Shown piece after piece: positions 20,007 to 29,690 of a DNA stretch of 64,000 nucleotides; within the stretch, counting starts at the first letter, position 1; each line of letters opens with the position of its first letter. The position numbers were made by a program, and so were the translations under genes. Origin of the DNA: Candidatus Bilamarchaeaceae archaeon (lineage in GTDB: Archaea; Micrarchaeota; Micrarchaeia; Anstonellales; Bilamarchaeaceae); NCBI GenBank assembly GCA_038851325.1, contig JAWCKZ010000004.1, forward strand, positions 26,372 through 90,371, read 5' to 3'. The notes under the pieces were generated by a model, which saw only the letters and a program-made list of their open reading frames with translations, had not been told where the DNA came from and did not search any database.

Positions 20007-20291
20007 ATGAAGTTTCCAAAAGAGATTACAGGATTTTGTCCATTCTGTAGGACGCATCAGGTTCATAAGGTAAAGCTTGCGAGCAAGGGGAGCAGCAGAA
20101 GCCTGGCGAGAGGAAATAGAGCATTTGAGAGAAAGCTTCTTGGTCACGGCGGGAAAAGAGCAGGAAAGAAATCAGTTAAGAAACAGGGAAAAAGACAGAA
20201 AGTTATTCTCCAATGCCAAAACTGCAAGAAGAAGCACCAGAGGGTGGTGGGGGCAACCAGGACAACCAAAAAACTTGAGTTAAAGATGTAG
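20007..20291 (+). CDS. rpl44e: Ribosomal protein L44e
   Basis: MKFPK....FCPFCRTH..HKV, GHGG, CQNC. Confidence 0.93.
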   Translation: MKFPKEITGFCPFCRTHQVHKVKLASKGSSRSLARGNRAFERKLLGHGGKRAGKKSVKKQGKRQKVILQCQNCKKKHQRVVGATRTTKKLELKM

Positions 20292-20299
20292 GTGTTTTT

Positions 20300-20464
20300 A
20301 TGGCTTCTAAGTTTCTTAGGGTAAAATGCAAATGCGGAACAGAACGTGTTGTTTTTAACAAATCAACTACGGAGATAAAATGCGACAAATGCGGAACGGT
20401 TTTAGTTAGTCAAACAGGAGGAAAGGCCGTGATACATGGAGATATCTTAGAGGAGCTTGGCTAG
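20300..20464 (+). CDS. rps27e: Ribosomal protein S27e (absent from ORF track)
   Basis: MASKFLRVKCKCGTERVVF...KCDKCGTVLVSQTGGKA. Confidence 0.93.
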   Translation: MASKFLRVKCKCGTERVVFNKSTTEIKCDKCGTVLVSQTGGKAVIHGDILEELG

Positions 20465-20500
20465 AATCGCAATTAAAAGTTGGACATAAACGGTGGTTTA

Positions 20501-21268
20501 TTGGAATTCCCGGAGGAGAACGAACTCGTTATAGCAGTTATCAAAAAAATAGTTCCTTATGGCGCTTTTTGTACACTTTTGGAGTATGGAAATCTCGAGG
20601 CTTTTCTTCACATATCTGAGATTGCCCCCAGATGGATAAAGAATATCCATGAGTTTGTATCAGAAGGGCAACGAGTCGTTGCAAAGGTGCATCACGTTGA
20701 TAAAGAAAAAAGGCAAGTTGACATCTCACTTAAAAGAGTTACTGAGGAGGAGAAAAGGAAAAAACTTGAGCAGGTAAATTTTGAGCGACGCGCTGAAAGG
20801 CTTATAGAGGTTGCAATATCAGGAATTCGCGGAAAAAAGCCCGCGCTTGATGAAATAAAGAAAAAAATTGTAGAAGAGTATGGTGCACTCTACCCTATCT
20901 TAAAAGAGGTCGCTGAAAAAGGCGAGGAACCTTTAGAAGCGCTTGGGTTCTCAAAACAGTTCCAGACAAAACTTGTTGAGGTTGTAAGAAAGAACATAAA
21001 AAAGCCAACAGTCACAACATCTGGTATAATAACACTAATCTGCTATGGTGGAAATGGAATATCTCTTATAAAGAACGCGCTTGGTAGCATTAGAAAAGAA
21101 GATGGTGTGGATGTACTTTATCTCGGAGCACCACGCTATAAAATCGTCGTAATTGCAGAGGATTACAAAGCAGGGGAGAAAAAACTTACAAATGCCGTAA
21201 AGCTTGTTGAAGATTTTGCAAAAAAACATGGCTGCCACTTTGAATTCAAAAAAGAGGAATCCGGATGA
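20501..21268 (+). CDS. eif2a: Translation initiation factor 2 alpha subunit
   Basis: S1 domain PEENELV...YGAF...LHISEI..RWIKNI; YLGAPRY; probable TTG start after GGTGG. Confidence 0.93.
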   Translation: MEFPEENELVIAVIKKIVPYGAFCTLLEYGNLEAFLHISEIAPRWIKNIHEFVSEGQRVVAKVHHVDKEKRQVDISLKRVTEEEKRKKLEQVNFERRAERLIEVAISGIRGKKPALDEIKKKIVEEYGALYPILKEVAEKGEEPLEALGFSKQFQTKLVEVVRKNIKKPTVTTSGIITLICYGGNGISLIKNALGSIRKEDGVDVLYLGAPRYKIVVIAEDYKAGEKKLTNAVKLVEDFAKKHGCHFEFKKEESG

Positions 21269-21417
21269 AAAAAATGATGCGTTGCGCTCTCTGCGGTGCC
21301 TACACCCTTTCCGATCTTCATTGCGGCAGCAGGACGGTTTCAGCCCATCCGCCACTCTTCAATCCAACTGATCCTTATGGAAAGTATAGAAGGGCGTTCA
21401 AGGGTGTTTCGCCATGA
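21265..21417 (+). CDS. nop10: H/ACA RNP protein Nop10 (absent from ORF track)
   Basis: RCALCGAYTL...CG..T.SAHPPLFNPTDPYGKYRR; ATGA overlaps on both sides. Confidence 0.93.
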   Translation: MKKMMRCALCGAYTLSDLHCGSRTVSAHPPLFNPTDPYGKYRRAFKGVSP

Positions 21418-22181
21418 AGGAAACAATGATATTTGAACAAAAAAAGATAAAACGAAAGTTAAGAAACCCGATACTTCTTATCGGCTTGCCCGGCATTGGC
21501 CTAATAGGTCAAGTCGTAGGCAAATACATAGTAAAGGAACTTAACGCAAAACAAATCGCTGTTCTTTTCTCACCCTACTTCCCTCACCAAGTGTTAATGT
21601 CAAGAAAGGGCACAATGCGACTTATAAAAAACGCATTTTATATGTACAACGCAAAGAAGTTCGACCTCATTATCCTCGTTGGTGATATTCAGGCGATGAG
21701 CTCTGTTGGCCAATATGAAGTTGCTGGAAAAATACTCGATTACGCAAAGAAGCTTGGCGTGAAGAAAATAATAGCCGTTGGTGGCTACAGCACGGGGGTA
21801 GTAACCGAGAAAAGACGAATATTCGGCGTGGTAACCGCTCCGGAGGAAATTAACGAACTTAAAAAGATGGGTGTAGTTTTTGGGGAGGCAAAGGGTTCGA
21901 TAGTCGGATCTGCTGGTCTTATTCCAGCACTCGGCGCACTCAGAGGAATAAAAGGGATATGCCTCCTAGGCGAAACACATGGCGGTTATGTTGATACAAT
22001 CACGGCAAAAGAGGTTGTGGCTCTTCTCTCTACCTATCTTGGAATAGAGATAAACCTAAAGAAAATAGATGAACGGGCGAAAAAGAGCGAGAAGATAATA
22101 AAGCGTCTTGAGGAAGAGATAAAAAGGAACATAGAGACCTCTTTTGGCCAAGAGCCATCAAAGATCTCCTATATAAGGTGA
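21414..22181 (+). CDS. PAC2-family proteasome assembly chaperone
   Basis: GLPGIGLIG, GICLLGETHG; conserved position after nop10. Confidence 0.88.
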   Translation: MKETMIFEQKKIKRKLRNPILLIGLPGIGLIGQVVGKYIVKELNAKQIAVLFSPYFPHQVLMSRKGTMRLIKNAFYMYNAKKFDLIILVGDIQAMSSVGQYEVAGKILDYAKKLGVKKIIAVGGYSTGVVTEKRRIFGVVTAPEEINELKKMGVVFGEAKGSIVGSAGLIPALGALRGIKGICLLGETHGGYVDTITAKEVVALLSTYLGIEINLKKIDERAKKSEKIIKRLEEEIKRNIETSFGQEPSKISYIR

Positions 22182-22187
22182 GGTCTC

Positions 22188-22622
22188 TTGAGCAAATATA
22201 GATACCCCAGAAGAAAGTTGAAAAGGAGATTGCTCGGACAGGTAACCATAGAGTACATGGTGCTCTCTTTAGTTGTACTGGCAATTTTGGCTGTTGCTGT
22301 GACAACACTAATCCAGATTCAAAACTCCTCTTCGAAGGCGCTTAACAATATCGTGTTCAGAAAGTCTGCGCTCGATCTTCACGGCACGGTTGAAGAGGTG
22401 TGTGCGCTTGGTGAAGGGAACCAGAGGGAAGTCTTCGTCTCTCGTAGCATGGAGGTTGAAAAAAACGCTAAAGAACTGAAATTTAAAAATGACACGATAG
22501 GAGAGATGTCGCTCGGGCTTATTTGCCCAATTGACATAGAGGTGGATAATCCGCTTTATGGAAACGTTTTGGTTATACACGAAGGAGATAAAATAAACAT
22601 TAACAATATTCAAGGAGGATAA
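22188..22622 (+). CDS. Class III signal peptide (pilin-like) protein
   Basis: Basic stretch, then GQVTIEY, then a hydrophobic helix. Confidence 0.75.
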   Translation: MSKYRYPRRKLKRRLLGQVTIEYMVLSLVVLAILAVAVTTLIQIQNSSSKALNNIVFRKSALDLHGTVEEVCALGEGNQREVFVSRSMEVEKNAKELKFKNDTIGEMSLGLICPIDIEVDNPLYGNVLVIHEGDKININNIQGG

Positions 22623-22623
22623 C

Positions 22624-24849
22624 ATGGTCTCTTCGCACGCTTTCTTTCGCAGTGTGCTCTTTATTCTTGCCGCGCTCTCTATGCTTTCGTTTGGGGTTCC
22701 AACAGATCTCTCTATAGAAATAAATAACGGCGCTCCTTCAACCAACAGTACCGCTGTCGTATTGACGCTGGGGGCAAATGGTGCAGTTAATTGTAGTCTC
22801 TCAAATGACGCCACAAACTACTGCGAACCATTTCCATTCACATCAACCAAGGATTGGAATCTCTCTACTGGGGATGGTCTAAAAACGGTGTATTTCAAAT
22901 GTGCAGATATTGATGGGAACTGGAGTGATCCAGTCAACGATACGATCATTCTGAACACAACACAACCAGACAGCATACCGCCATCAGCCTCCTCAAAAGC
23001 TCCAGTAGGAGTTATCACAAACAGAAGGCCGATTATTTCAGCCATAATCTCAGACAGCGGCGGCTCAGGAATAAATAGCTCAAGTATAGTATTATATCTT
23101 GATGAAAGCACAGTAGTCCACTCTTACAATTCCGAAAGCGGAAATGTCTCCTATATAACATCAACTGATCTAAACCTAACGAGCCATACTGTTCGTCTGA
23201 TTGTCTTTGATAACGCTGGGAATATCCTAAACACCTCGTGGACATTTAATATTTCTTCGGTAGGCGTTGGTTTTGCATCCTTACGACCTGAAAACAATAG
23301 CATAGTGGATAAAAGCGATGTTGAGATATCCGTAACGCTGCAAGACATAGGCGGGGGGATAAACTCCTCAACAATAATAATGCGCTTGGATGATGACCCT
23401 GTTGATTTCGATTACTCAAACAACACCAGAAAGGTAACTTACGAAGGGCATCTCGAAGATGGGAATCACACCGTTACGGTTTCCGCTGCGGATAACAACG
23501 GGGTGCGAAGTTCTATAAGTTGGAGCTTTGTAGTCGACACAAAACCCCCGAGCGTAAGACTTTTTGTTCCTGGAAACGGAAGCGTTGTTAGCAGGGTATA
23601 TGAGATTTCAGCGGTTGTGGAGGATGACGGGTCTGGCATCAATAAGAATAAAATATTCATGGAGATTAATCGCGTTGATGTCACTCGTTCTCTAGAGTTT
23701 CATGAAACAGATGGAAGAGTGGTGTTTCGCCCCACTGGAGAACTCGCCGGTGGAGAGTACACAGTGGAATTGTGGGTCCGAGATAAAGCTGAAAACGAAA
23801 AATATGTTAGTTGGATATTTAGGATACCGAGCACTGCACCCTCGTTTTCTTACGCCGCACCAAATGATGGCGCAGTTATAGCCAATTCTACTCCTGAGAT
23901 ATCGGTAGTTATATCAGAAGGAAGCGGTACTGGAATAAATGTAAACTCGATTAAATTTTCACTCGATGGTACTGTCTTCGATGCGGTTTTCTCTACAACA
24001 ACAGGAAAGCTCTCTTTCATACCCGGAGAGCCTCTCAGTGATGGCCGGCATATCGTACACGTCGAAGCAAAGAATAACAAGAATGAGCGAAATGCGATAA
24101 ACTGGTCGTTCTCCGTAGACACGACGCCTCCTCAGCCACCCACAGATCTCATGTTAAACAAAACCGAAAATGAAACACGTCTTAGGTGGACTGCCTCGTC
24201 TTCACCAGATGTAAATAAATATCTTATCTACGGCTCTTCGATTGGTTTTAATTCAACAACAGGAAGAACGCCCCTCGCAGAACTCAGTGGTAACAGCACT
24301 TCCTATACTCACAACCAAAGCGGAAGATTCTACTATGCAATTGTCGCAGTTGACAGAACGGGTAATCCTTCTTCACCTGTATTTGCCGGGACGTGTGCGG
24401 CGTTCGAAAATGGTATTTGGATTGATTATGAATGCTGCACGGATATCGAGTGCGCTGAGGGCGAGTATTGCGAAGCAACTACGCACAAATGTATTTTACC
24501 AGAAAAGAGCGTTGGTATAGAAGAGGCAGAAATGACTATCAGCCTGGCAGAATCCGCGATTCAAAATGCGCAGAATGCTGGAAAGAATGTAAGTAAGGCT
24601 GAGGAATTTCTTTCTCAGGCACGCAATTCGTATAATGCAGGAAATTATAAGGAAACAGAACGATTGGCACGATTAGCAAGGGATGCTGCAGTGAATGCTC
24701 CTCTTTTAGACAATGTCACTGCTGATAATGAAGAAAAGACTGGTGGAAAGAAGCCGCTACCCTGCATACCTTCTTGCATACTGCCCAGCGTTTTAGCGCT
24801 TTATTTAATAAAGGACCGTCAAATTAAAATAGTAAAAAACAAAAAATAA
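22624..24849 (+). CDS. Secreted multi-Ig-like/FnIII surface protein
   Basis: Signal peptide; repeated D-x-GSGIN...HTV...D..GN...W.F units; FnIII-like domain; Cys cluster; C-terminal hydrophobic anchor. Confidence 0.8.
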   Translation: MVSSHAFFRSVLFILAALSMLSFGVPTDLSIEINNGAPSTNSTAVVLTLGANGAVNCSLSNDATNYCEPFPFTSTKDWNLSTGDGLKTVYFKCADIDGNWSDPVNDTIILNTTQPDSIPPSASSKAPVGVITNRRPIISAIISDSGGSGINSSSIVLYLDESTVVHSYNSESGNVSYITSTDLNLTSHTVRLIVFDNAGNILNTSWTFNISSVGVGFASLRPENNSIVDKSDVEISVTLQDIGGGINSSTIIMRLDDDPVDFDYSNNTRKVTYEGHLEDGNHTVTVSAADNNGVRSSISWSFVVDTKPPSVRLFVPGNGSVVSRVYEISAVVEDDGSGINKNKIFMEINRVDVTRSLEFHETDGRVVFRPTGELAGGEYTVELWVRDKAENEKYVSWIFRIPSTAPSFSYAAPNDGAVIANSTPEISVVISEGSGTGINVNSIKFSLDGTVFDAVFSTTTGKLSFIPGEPLSDGRHIVHVEAKNNKNERNAINWSFSVDTTPPQPPTDLMLNKTENETRLRWTASSSPDVNKYLIYGSSIGFNSTTGRTPLAELSGNSTSYTHNQSGRFYYAIVAVDRTGNPSSPVFAGTCAAFENGIWIDYECCTDIECAEGEYCEATTHKCILPEKSVGIEEAEMTISLAESAIQNAQNAGKNVSKAEEFLSQARNSYNAGNYKETERLARLARDAAVNAPLLDNVTADNEEKTGGKKPLPCIPSCILPSVLALYLIKDRQIKIVKNKK

Positions 24850-24895
24850 ACAAATAGCAGACCGATTAGTTCCTTAAATAATTACGTTAATTATT

Positions 24896-25057
24896 CTAGA
24901 ACCTTGGTCTTCGTGGTCTATAGCAATTACTGCAGTAGACCGGTCTTCCTTCTATGGGCTGAAACGGCACCTGGCAAGGCTGCCCGCATTTCGCGCAAAC
25001 CGCGTCATACATCTTCCTTTCACGGTTATAGCCGCTTCCGCCTTCGCTTTCTCCCAT
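24896..25057 (-). CDS. CxxC-x17-CxxC zinc-binding protein, 53 aa (absent from ORF track)
   Basis: EMYDAVCAKCGQPCQVPFQPIEGRPVYCSNCY; GGTGA ribosome-binding site upstream. Confidence 0.88.
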   Translation of the reverse strand: MGESEGGSGYNRERKMYDAVCAKCGQPCQVPFQPIEGRPVYCSNCYRPRRPRF

Positions 25058-25239
25058 TTATTCACCTACTTTTCACTACCCGTTTATTAACCAGGCAAAA
25101 AAAAGCCACAGTCAACTTTTGGGCATTGTTAGTTATTGGTACACCAGTTATATATAAACCTATGCATTCTGGTATCTTGGTGACAAGTTCAGTTGAATTG
25201 CTTGTCTAGATATTACAAAGGTATTACAAAGGAAAGCTG

Positions 25240-26397
25240 CTAAAGACCTGCTTCTCTTCTAAGAATATCAGCCATATCAGTTCTCTCCCATGTGAAATCT
25301 GGGTCTTCTCGGCCAAAGTGGCCATACGCAGCGGTCTTTTTGTAAATAGGTCTTAGAAGGTTGAGGCGCGCTATCATATCTGCTGGCTTAAAGGAGAAAT
25401 GCTTAGAAATAAGCTCCTCTATTTTCTCAATAGGAACTTTATTAGTACCTTTGCAATCTACGTGAATAGAGAGTGGTTTTGCGACTCCGATGACATAAGC
25501 TACTTGTATCTCACATTCATCAGCAAGTCCTGCTGCTACTATGTTCTTTGCTACGTATCGCGCCATGTACGCACCAGAGCGGTCAACCTTTGAAGGGTCC
25601 TTTCCAGAAAAGCATCCTCCGCCATGATGTCCTCGCCCTCCATAGGTGTCCACAATTATTTTTCTCCCAGTAACACCAGAATCGCCGCTTGGACCACCTA
25701 TCACAAAACGACCTGTTCCGTTAACGTGAATTATGGTGTTATCATCAAGCCACTTTCCACAAACAGGCCTTATAACATGTTCAACAATATCACGCCTTAT
25801 TTGCTCAAGTGTTACGTCTGGGTCGTGCTGCGCTGCTATAACCACTGTATGCACTCTTGCAGGCTTATCGTTTACATACTCAACCGTAACCTGTGTCTTG
25901 CCATCCGGTCTAAGGTAGGTAAGCGTCCTATTTTTTCTAACCTCTGCAAGCCGCATCGCTAGTTGATGCGCAAGTTGAATAGGAAGAGGCATGAGCTGCG
26001 GGGTCTCGTTTGTCGCATACCCAAACATTATTCCTTGATCACCAGCGCCTTGCTCTCGTCCTTCACCAACGTTCACACCTTGTGCGATGTCTGGCGATTG
26101 TTCGTGAATAGAAACAATTGTTCCACACGAATGACAATCAAACATATATTCGGGAGAGGTATACCCTATCTCTCTTATGACGTTGCGTGCGACATCTGCA
26201 ATGTTGACATAACCGGTTGTGGTAACTTCGCCCATGATTATTACGAGTCCGGTAGTAACAGCTGTTTCCACGGCAACGCGTGCTTTCGGATCTTGTTTCA
26301 GCATCTCATCAAGAATTGCATCGCTTATTTGATCGCATATTTTATCTGGGTGTCCTTCTGTTACCGACTCTGAAGAAAAAAGATATCTTTTTGCCAT
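25240..26397 (-). CDS. metK: Methionine adenosyltransferase, bacterial/eukaryotic type
   Basis: [42 protein letters not shown]. Confidence 0.96.
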   Translation of the reverse strand: MAKRYLFSSESVTEGHPDKICDQISDAILDEMLKQDPKARVAVETAVTTGLVIIMGEVTTTGYVNIADVARNVIREIGYTSPEYMFDCHSCGTIVSIHEQSPDIAQGVNVGEGREQGAGDQGIMFGYATNETPQLMPLPIQLAHQLAMRLAEVRKNRTLTYLRPDGKTQVTVEYVNDKPARVHTVVIAAQHDPDVTLEQIRRDIVEHVIRPVCGKWLDDNTIIHVNGTGRFVIGGPSGDSGVTGRKIIVDTYGGRGHHGGGCFSGKDPSKVDRSGAYMARYVAKNIVAAGLADECEIQVAYVIGVAKPLSIHVDCKGTNKVPIEKIEELISKHFSFKPADMIARLNLLRPIYKKTAAYGHFGREDPDFTWERTDMADILRREAGL

Positions 26398-26466
26398 TTT
26401 GTTTATCACCTTTGCCCTTCCTTTTAATATTTTGAGACATTTTTTTAAAAACCTTTACATAAAAAA

Positions 26467-27033
26467 ATGAAAAAGATGGTGGCAAACATGGAAACGCTTG
26501 AGGCGATAAGAGCAAGACACTCTGTTCGCGATTATACGAACAAACCTGTTGAGAGAGAAAAGATCTTGGCCATCCTTGACGCAGCGTCGCGCGCGCCCTC
26601 AGGTATGAACAGACAGCCTTGGCACTTTCTTGTACTCACTGAAGAAGAAAGTAGAAAAAAAGCACTCTCTGCGAATAGTATTTATAATTCTTGGATGAAC
26701 AAAGCGCCAGTACTGATTGTTGCTCTTGCTGATAGCAAGGCATTTTATGGAAGAGAGGAACAAAAGACATACTTGTTTGATGTCGGACTTGCTGTAGAAA
26801 ATCTTCTTCTTGCAGCCACAGAACTTGGTCTTGGCGCTTGCGTTACAATAGGCTTTTCAGCTGAAAAATTGCAAAGGGAATTGAACATTCCTGAAAGATA
26901 CATCCCTATCGTGCTTATATCTGTAGGATACGAATCCAAAGAAAAAATAGCTGAGCCTCTAATAAAAGGAATTACACATTCGATAAACAAGAAGAAAAAC
27001 TTTGATGAGGTTGTCTCTTTCGAAAGAATTTAG
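26467..27033 (+). CDS. Nitroreductase-family protein
   Basis: RHSVRDY, APSGMNRQPWHF, ENLLLAATELGLGAC. Confidence 0.92.
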   Translation: MKKMVANMETLEAIRARHSVRDYTNKPVEREKILAILDAASRAPSGMNRQPWHFLVLTEEESRKKALSANSIYNSWMNKAPVLIVALADSKAFYGREEQKTYLFDVGLAVENLLLAATELGLGACVTIGFSAEKLQRELNIPERYIPIVLISVGYESKEKIAEPLIKGITHSINKKKNFDEVVSFERI

Positions 27034-27034
27034 A

Positions 27035-27244
27035 CTATCTTCTCTTTTTCTTGATTTTTGGTTTGGCGCTTTTTCTCTTCACCTTGGCTATCACTTTTGG
27101 CTGTTTCTTCTTTTTTGGAGGAGCGGGTCTAATCGGTTTCTCGCATTTCTTTATTCCCATCTTATACACGTAAGGTCTTGGACAGACTTCCTTCGTGACT
27201 ATACAAATTCCATCCTCCAATTTGGGACAAACCATCCAGACCAC
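27035..27244 (-). CDS. Small basic Cys/Lys-rich hypothetical protein
   Basis: 69 aa, four Cys and a Lys-rich tail; lies downstream of the structured RNA. Confidence 0.55.
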   Translation of the reverse strand: MVWMVCPKLEDGICIVTKEVCPRPYVYKMGIKKCEKPIRPAPPKKKKQPKVIAKVKRKSAKPKIKKKRR

Positions 27245-27271
27245 CGCTCACTGTTTTTCGCTCACTGTTTT

Positions 27272-27492
27272 TTGCACTCTGGACTCGGTCGAAAGACAGA
27301 GCAACTGAACCGATACAACTTAACCCATCAGTTCAAGTTGTCCTCTCTTTCATGCTACAGAATTAACCTGGCGAGTACGGGTTTCATACAGCGAGGTATA
27401 GTCCAGTCGCTGTATTAATGGCGTCACTCGACAGAGGTTTCCGCAACATACCTTTTTCCAAGGCACCCGAATTGTCCGCGTGCGTAGCACAC
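27272..27492 (-). ncRNA. Candidate structured non-coding RNA with pseudoknot (family unrecognised)
   Basis: Multiple nested stems whose G-U pairs work only on the minus strand; 7-bp loop-to-tail pairing; TATA at 27507-27514. Confidence 0.6.
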
Positions 27493-27582
27493 TTCTATAG
27501 AAAAGATTATAAATTTAATGCATTTTTGTGATATTTCTACATTATTTATGACTAAATATGTTAGTTTTTAATTGATTTAGGA

Positions 27583-28287
27583 TTATACGTGCTTTTTGAC
27601 ATCTATCGCTGCTCCGCTCGGAATACTGTTCACATTCCTGATTAAGTCGATTATTTCCAGCGCTACATCCTCAGGAACATGTGCTGCTGGCTGGTCTGAT
27701 ATCTGCTCCCACATTTTTGTTTGCGTTGAAGTTGGACAAACCGCATAAACTGCTATTTTATCTTTTTCGAGCTCTTGAGCAAGCGACTCTGTGAAACCGA
27801 TTACACCGAATTTGGTTGCGCAGTACACAGCAGCGTTGGCAAACCCTTGTTTCCCGGCAACAGATGAAATATTGATAATAAGACCGCCACCTGCCTTTCT
27901 CATGTATGGTATCACTTCTTTAGCGCAGTGCATCAGGCCTATGAGATTTACGCCCACTACCGCATCTATCGCGTTATCAGGCATCTCAGCAAATGGGCCG
28001 TAGTGAAGAATTCCGGCATTGTTAACGAGTATATCTATCTTTCCGAATTTCTTAACTGCTTTGGTTAGCATATTTTTTATGTCTTTAAGTTTCGTGATGT
28101 CTGCCTTAACAGCGAGCACTTCAGCGCCCAGTTGCTGTATCTTTCCAGCCGTTTTCTGAAGTTCCGCAACATTTCGTCCTGCTATCACAACCTTGGCACC
28201 GTTTTTTGCGAACTCCATCGCTATTGCCGCTCCAATGCCTCTTCCCCCACCAGTAATAATCGCAACCCTTTCAGCAAGAAGTTTCAT
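27583..28287 (-). CDS. Short-chain dehydrogenase/reductase
   Basis: TGGGRGIG, NNAG, YCATK. Confidence 0.93.
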   Translation of the reverse strand: MKLLAERVAIITGGGRGIGAAIAMEFAKNGAKVVIAGRNVAELQKTAGKIQQLGAEVLAVKADITKLKDIKNMLTKAVKKFGKIDILVNNAGILHYGPFAEMPDNAIDAVVGVNLIGLMHCAKEVIPYMRKAGGGLIINISSVAGKQGFANAAVYCATKFGVIGFTESLAQELEKDKIAVYAVCPTSTQTKMWEQISDQPAAHVPEDVALEIIDLIRNVNSIPSGAAIDVKKHV

Positions 28288-28504
28288 GCAGATAAAAAGT
28301 TTATCAAATTTTAAAACTTTAACGATGCGACACTAATTCTTAACGGGGGAAGAAAAGCTTATCCAAGAAAAGATACCTAGAACAAAGGCTGCTGCATGCT
28401 CCTGCTTTGAAGAATGGATGATGGGGAGGGATGCTAGGGAAGTATTCAACATGAAAGTAGAGTAAGGATTAAAATCATTCAGTACTTTACTAGCACGGAG
28501 CGAA

Positions 28505-29026
28505 ATGATGTCAGAGTTGGGATATATTAATAGTTTGATAAAGATGGTTTACGATGACACCCTCGCGCACAGTCTTCAGGGTTATGATAAAAAAAGAGCA
28601 GCCATTATGGAACTCGGAAACATAGGGGACATAACAGCGTTACCAGTACTCTTTGATGCGGTTGAGGATGTTCTATTGCGCAGTGCTGCTATTACAGCGA
28701 TTGGTAAGATAAAATTTAGTGCGGAAAATGAAGCGGATGCCATGCAAGCAATAGATGTGCTTGAGAGAGTTATGGATAATTGCACAGAATTCCAATACGA
28801 AATCTCTCGAACAGCACTGAAAAACATCGCTGAACGGATGAGGGGTAACAATACTGTGACGAACAGAATCGAAGATGTGCTAAAGAAAAAGAATGAAAAG
28901 AAGGACGGAGAAGCGATAAACGATGCCGCAGAATTTAGACTCATAAAAAAAGCTAGAGATGCCAGCAAGCAAGAAAAGGGAAGCAGCAAGCTGCAAAATA
29001 AAGAAGATAGAAGACTCAAGTACTAG
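28505..29026 (+). CDS. HEAT-repeat protein
   Basis: AIMELGNIGD..ALPVL...RSAAITAIGKI. Confidence 0.7.
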   Translation: MMSELGYINSLIKMVYDDTLAHSLQGYDKKRAAIMELGNIGDITALPVLFDAVEDVLLRSAAITAIGKIKFSAENEADAMQAIDVLERVMDNCTEFQYEISRTALKNIAERMRGNNTVTNRIEDVLKKKNEKKDGEAINDAAEFRLIKKARDASKQEKGSSKLQNKEDRRLKY

Positions 29027-29078
29027 ATATCTACCCCGCTCCCATAACGATTATAATATTACTCGCTGAATCTGAGTT

Positions 29079-29690
29079 ATGCTAAAACAGAAAGAGAAGA
29101 CGGTCGGTCTGCAGACCAGAATCGGAAAGATGCTCTCATTCATACCTCTCACTCCAAATCAGTTGACCATTGTTGCTTTTCTTACCTCTATCATGGCAGC
29201 CTACGCGATAATTACAAAAGAGCTCGGATACGGCTTAGCGCTTTTTCTTGTTGCTGGAACTCTTGATGCCATAGACGGGGCAATCGCGAGAGCACGCGGA
29301 GAGATAACAAAATTCGGTGGTTTTCTTGACGGCGTCTGCGACAGGTTTGTAGAAGCGCTTTTCCTCATTTCCCTGATGTTCTACCCTTTACCAACTATCT
29401 TCATAGATGCAAAAATCTGGCTTGCAGTGTTGATTTTTATCGGCACATGCATGCCTTCTTATATAAGGGCCTACGCGGACCATCACAGAGTAATAACCCA
29501 CAAAGAGGCAAAGGCACTTGGTGGGCTTTTCGAAAGAAGCGAGAGGATATTACTGCTTGCCATGGGGATGTCTGCTGGGATTCTTGTCTCGATGGATTAT
29601 TTCATTTATTCTGTAATACTAGCAATTGCGCTTTCCATAATAACAGTTGCGCAGAGAATTATCGTGGTTATGAAAAGACAAACTAGATAG
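29079..29690 (+). CDS. CDP-alcohol phosphatidyltransferase
   Basis: TPNQLT; DAIDGAIAR.....TKFGGFLDGVCD. Confidence 0.92.
   Translation: MLKQKEKTVGLQTRIGKMLSFIPLTPNQLTIVAFLTSIMAAYAIITKELGYGLALFLVAGTLDAIDGAIARARGEITKFGGFLDGVCDRFVEALFLISLMFYPLPTIFIDAKIWLAVLIFIGTCMPSYIRAYADHHRVITHKEAKALGGLFERSERILLLAMGMSAGILVSMDYFIYSVILAIALSIITVAQRIIVVMKRQTR

Noticed and set aside
27272..27492. RNase P RNA, SRP RNA or group I intron as the identity of the structured RNA
   Set aside because: Only partial look-alikes (GGAAACCUCUG...CAGGUUA on minus; GGUAUAGUCC on plus); full consensus elements and topology are missing, and G-U pairs argue against the plus strand
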